Assembly (NCBI GenBank): GCA_963834795.1 | Contig: CAWIDL010000032.1 | Span: forward strand, 168,769 to 232,768 | Direction: 5' to 3' | Origin: an uncultured delta proteobacterium | GTDB taxonomy: Bacteria; Desulfobacterota; Desulfobaccia; Desulfobaccales; 0-14-0-80-60-11 | Length of the DNA stretch: 64,000 bases | Part shown: piece after piece, positions 61,565-64,000 of the stretch | How the letters are laid out: every line of letters starts with the position of its first letter | Numbering within the stretch: the first letter of the stretch is position 1 | Program-made: the position numbers and the translations under genes | Notes under the pieces: generated by a model | What the model saw: the letters and a program-made list of their open reading frames with translations, nothing else | Database searches by the model: none | What the model was told of the DNA's origin: nothing

Positions 61565-61948
61565 ATGGGAGACATGGCGCCTAACTTTAATCGGTCTGAG
61601 TTTGCCTGCCATTGCGGGTGCGGCCTGGACTCAATCCATCCCGATACCGTGGCGGCCTTGCAAAAGTTGCGGGATTTAGCCAAGGCCCCGGTGGTGATCA
61701 CCTGCGGTTGCCGGTGCGCAGCCCATAACGCTGCGGTGGGCGGGGCGGCTCACAGCTTCCATCTACCCGACCAAGACTGCCGGGCCTCAGACTGGCAGAT
61801 TGCCGGGCTGAGCATCGACCAGATGTACGCACTGGCGGAGCAGATCCCGGAGTTCTACCACGGCGGGATCGGGAGATATTATCGCAGCGGCTTTATCCAC
61901 AGCGACACCAGATCCTATCAGTCCAGGTGGGCTGATCGGGAGGTTTAG
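61565..61948 (+). CDS. Peptidase M15A-like (D-Ala-D-Ala carboxypeptidase / endolysin type)
   Basis: NF..SEFAC.CGCG, GCRC..HN..VGGA..S.H....A.D, FIH.D.R. Confidence 0.88.
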   Translation: MGDMAPNFNRSEFACHCGCGLDSIHPDTVAALQKLRDLAKAPVVITCGCRCAAHNAAVGGAAHSFHLPDQDCRASDWQIAGLSIDQMYALAEQIPEFYHGGIGRYYRSGFIHSDTRSYQSRWADREV

Positions 61949-62190
61949 CATTAGGGGTTCGGGGCAGGATGATGTCTCGATCATTGAGCGCTATAGCGTA
62001 TCCATTAAGGTGTTGTGATTTCTCCCTAGGACAGCGTGAGAAATCGCCTTTGAGGCTGGGACCCGACGGCGCGCCACCACGCCCGGCCTCTTCGAATTGC
62101 TGGTTATTTCGCCGACAGGCAATAGGGTTTCCCCGGTAGAAATTAAAGCCACGATTGAGATATTCCTATCAGTCAAAGGGAGGAAAGGCC

Positions 62191-63441
62191 ATGAAATTAC
62201 AAGACTTCTTGTTAAAGCTTGCCACCGATCCCGACATGTTAGCAAAGTTCAGGGTTGAGCCAAATACCATCATGATCGAAGCAAGCTTGTCGGAATCTGA
62301 GTGTCAAGCCGTCATGGAGGGTAATGTGCCGAAGCTGCGGGGGCACCTTTCTAGAGAATCCCATTCTCAGGAGGCTTTTACTGAGTATGAAGTCTCCCAA
62401 GTACCTCCGACACAGTCCCCCCCGCCTCAAGAGGAACCTCATCAGGAACCTCCTCAAGAGGAACCTCCTCAAGAGGAACCTCATGAACCATCTCAGTACG
62501 AGCCCCCCCCTGAGGAGGAGCCGACGCAACAGATTATTGAACCTCCTCCAGAGGTGGACGCCGAGGCCCCGATTGGCGCCGCGCTGTCCAACTGGCATAT
62601 TTGGGATCTCCGAGAGCCTGCACGCTTATGGGATGCTACCGGCCTTACAGTTGTGGGCTTGGGGATTCGTGGAGGGCTCCAGACCACACCTGAGGCCCGG
62701 GTGTGTATCAAGCAGGCCTCGAAAGTTCTTTATCTTGTCGCCGATCCAATTTCAGAATCCTTGGTTCGTATGCTAAATCCAACTGCAGAGTCGATGCATG
62801 GTTTCTACCAAAAGGGCAAACGCCGCCTGGAAGCTTACAACGCAATGGTGGAGCGGATTCTATCGTGTCTTCAAGAGAGTGGGGATGTCTGTGCCGTTTT
62901 TTATGGTCACCCCGGTGTGTTTTCTTACCCAGCGCGAGAATCGATCAGACGCGCCCGCCTTAAAGGGGTCAGTGCTAGGATGTTGCCGGGAATCTCGACT
63001 GAGGATAACTTAATCGCAGATTTGGGAATTGACCCAGGACCTCTGGGTCTGCAAAGCTATGAGGCCACTTCATTCCTTCTCTATAAATACCGATTCGATA
63101 CGTCCGTAGGGCTAATCCTCTGGCAGGTCGGCGTCCTGGGTGAGACTATCTGGGCCCCCCCTCATAAGGCCGCCCGTGATCGCTTAGATATTTTAGCTGA
63201 TTATCTGATAAACTATTACGGTGGAGACCACGAGGTTGTTTTCTATCATGCGCCTGAGCTCCCAGCCGGTCAGCCGGCCATAGAACGGTTGCGGCTGTCC
63301 GAACTTCCCCATGCTCAACTTTTGCACATCTCGACCCTGTACATTCCTCCCAAAGGGCGTCCAAGCTACGATTACGAGATGGCAAAAAGACTTGGCATGG
63401 AATGGCCGGCGATGTCTCCTGTGGCGGAAGGAGGAGGATAG
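62191..63441 (+). CDS. Borosin-type alpha-N-methyltransferase fused behind an N-terminal helical binding domain and a Glu/Pro-rich putative core
   Basis: N-terminal LQDFLLKLATDP..LAKF..EP..SLSESE..A bundle; QEEPP repeats; LTVVGLGI, Y-x5-R-x3-Y (YQKGKRRLEAY), FYGHPGVF, MLPGIS.ED.L.ADLG.DP, EAT.FL, LWQVG. Confidence 0.85.
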   Translation: MKLQDFLLKLATDPDMLAKFRVEPNTIMIEASLSESECQAVMEGNVPKLRGHLSRESHSQEAFTEYEVSQVPPTQSPPPQEEPHQEPPQEEPPQEEPHEPSQYEPPPEEEPTQQIIEPPPEVDAEAPIGAALSNWHIWDLREPARLWDATGLTVVGLGIRGGLQTTPEARVCIKQASKVLYLVADPISESLVRMLNPTAESMHGFYQKGKRRLEAYNAMVERILSCLQESGDVCAVFYGHPGVFSYPARESIRRARLKGVSARMLPGISTEDNLIADLGIDPGPLGLQSYEATSFLLYKYRFDTSVGLILWQVGVLGETIWAPPHKAARDRLDILADYLINYYGGDHEVVFYHAPELPAGQPAIERLRLSELPHAQLLHISTLYIPPKGRPSYDYEMAKRLGMEWPAMSPVAEGGG

Positions 63442-63635
63442 AGAGTTTGAATCACTTTAATAGGGAAAACTGGGAAATGTTTGTGGAGTGACCATGATTA
63501 CTATCTGAGGGAGCTGAGGAAGCTTTAGGTTTAGCCTGGGGGAATTTTTTCAGACAATTTTAGGAGGTGGCGGCCCGTTGCGGCTGAGCAGGGTTCCTTA
63601 TGATAGTTCATTAATTTCAATGAATTAAGCTTGGA

Positions 63636-63677
63636 ACGGATGTCACTTTCTCATGGAGGCCTCCAGGCGGCTCAGGC
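63636..63677 (-). repeat. Inverted copy of the gvpJ-like gene 3' end
   Basis: Reverse complement matches 13344-13385 at 40 of 42 positions. Confidence 0.9.
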
Positions 63678-63799
63678 ACCCGGTAGGGGGCAGGAGCTCC
63701 AGTCCGCGGTTTTCCACTTTTCGCCTTTATGGAACATTCCCATTTACCTCAATTTCGGCAGATTATGTGGGGAATAGTGTGGCGAATGGATTTCTAAGC

Positions 63800-63835
63800 A
63801 AAAGAAAAGGGGCTTAGAAATTCATCTAAGCCCTT
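63800..63835 (-). terminator. Intrinsic terminator downstream of tRNA-Asp
   Basis: GGGCTTAGA/TCTAAGCCC stem followed on the minus strand by TTTTCTTTT. Confidence 0.7.
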
Positions 63836-63844
63836 AAATTTACT

Positions 63845-63921
<77 letters not shown>

Positions 63922-64000
63922 GCTGGGGTGTGCAAAGTTCAAAGTTGAAAGTTCAAAGTCAAGGAATCTATTCCGCAGCATGCAACCAAACTTTGAACCT

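Noticed and set aside
62191..63441. Ordinary tetrapyrrole (cobalamin/siroheme) methylase
   Set aside because: Borosin-type motifs and the N-terminal bundle plus repeat region fit better; no cob or cys genes nearby.
63934..63998. AAAGTTC heptamer repeats upstream of the tRNA
   Set aside because: Short, common intergenic repeat cut by the window edge; no function can be inferred.

Overview
GC-rich bacterial window; gene content suggests an anaerobic Desulfobacterota/deltaproteobacterium (inference). (1) 1-13.4 kb: a gas-vesicle locus. A regulatory/chaperone operon (NtrC-type activator, Hsp20, Cdc48-like ATPase, two GvpF/L, PAS kinase, receiver) is followed by a sigma54-driven structural operon (gvpA, gvpC with 33-aa repeats, gvpN, gvpF, gvpG, gvpK, two more GvpA-family genes) that also carries two stand-alone DnaJ-type zinc-finger proteins and a zinc ribbon. 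(2) 13.4-63.8 kb: a mosaic accessory region ending at a tRNA-Asp. Its cargo blocks are a Tat arylsulfatase with its radical-SAM maturase, a CHASE2 cyclase / repeat peptide / TPR-CHAT operon, a two-component cluster, an 11.4-kb block with both end genes truncated (liv transporter, iorAB, LivF-PaaK fusion), and a papain / chagasin / M15 / borosin cluster. The blocks are separated by co-oriented copies of a conserved, apparently non-coding junction module. That module contains a TTTCCATAT-N7-ATATGGAAA-type palindromic site, a G-rich motif and a solitary type I-E CRISPR-repeat-like hairpin. No integrase or cas gene is present. The best candidates for new biology are this cassette-junction system, the core-first fused borosin methyltransferase, and the CHAT-CHASE2 signalling operon. 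All family calls come from motif recognition by eye, not database searches.
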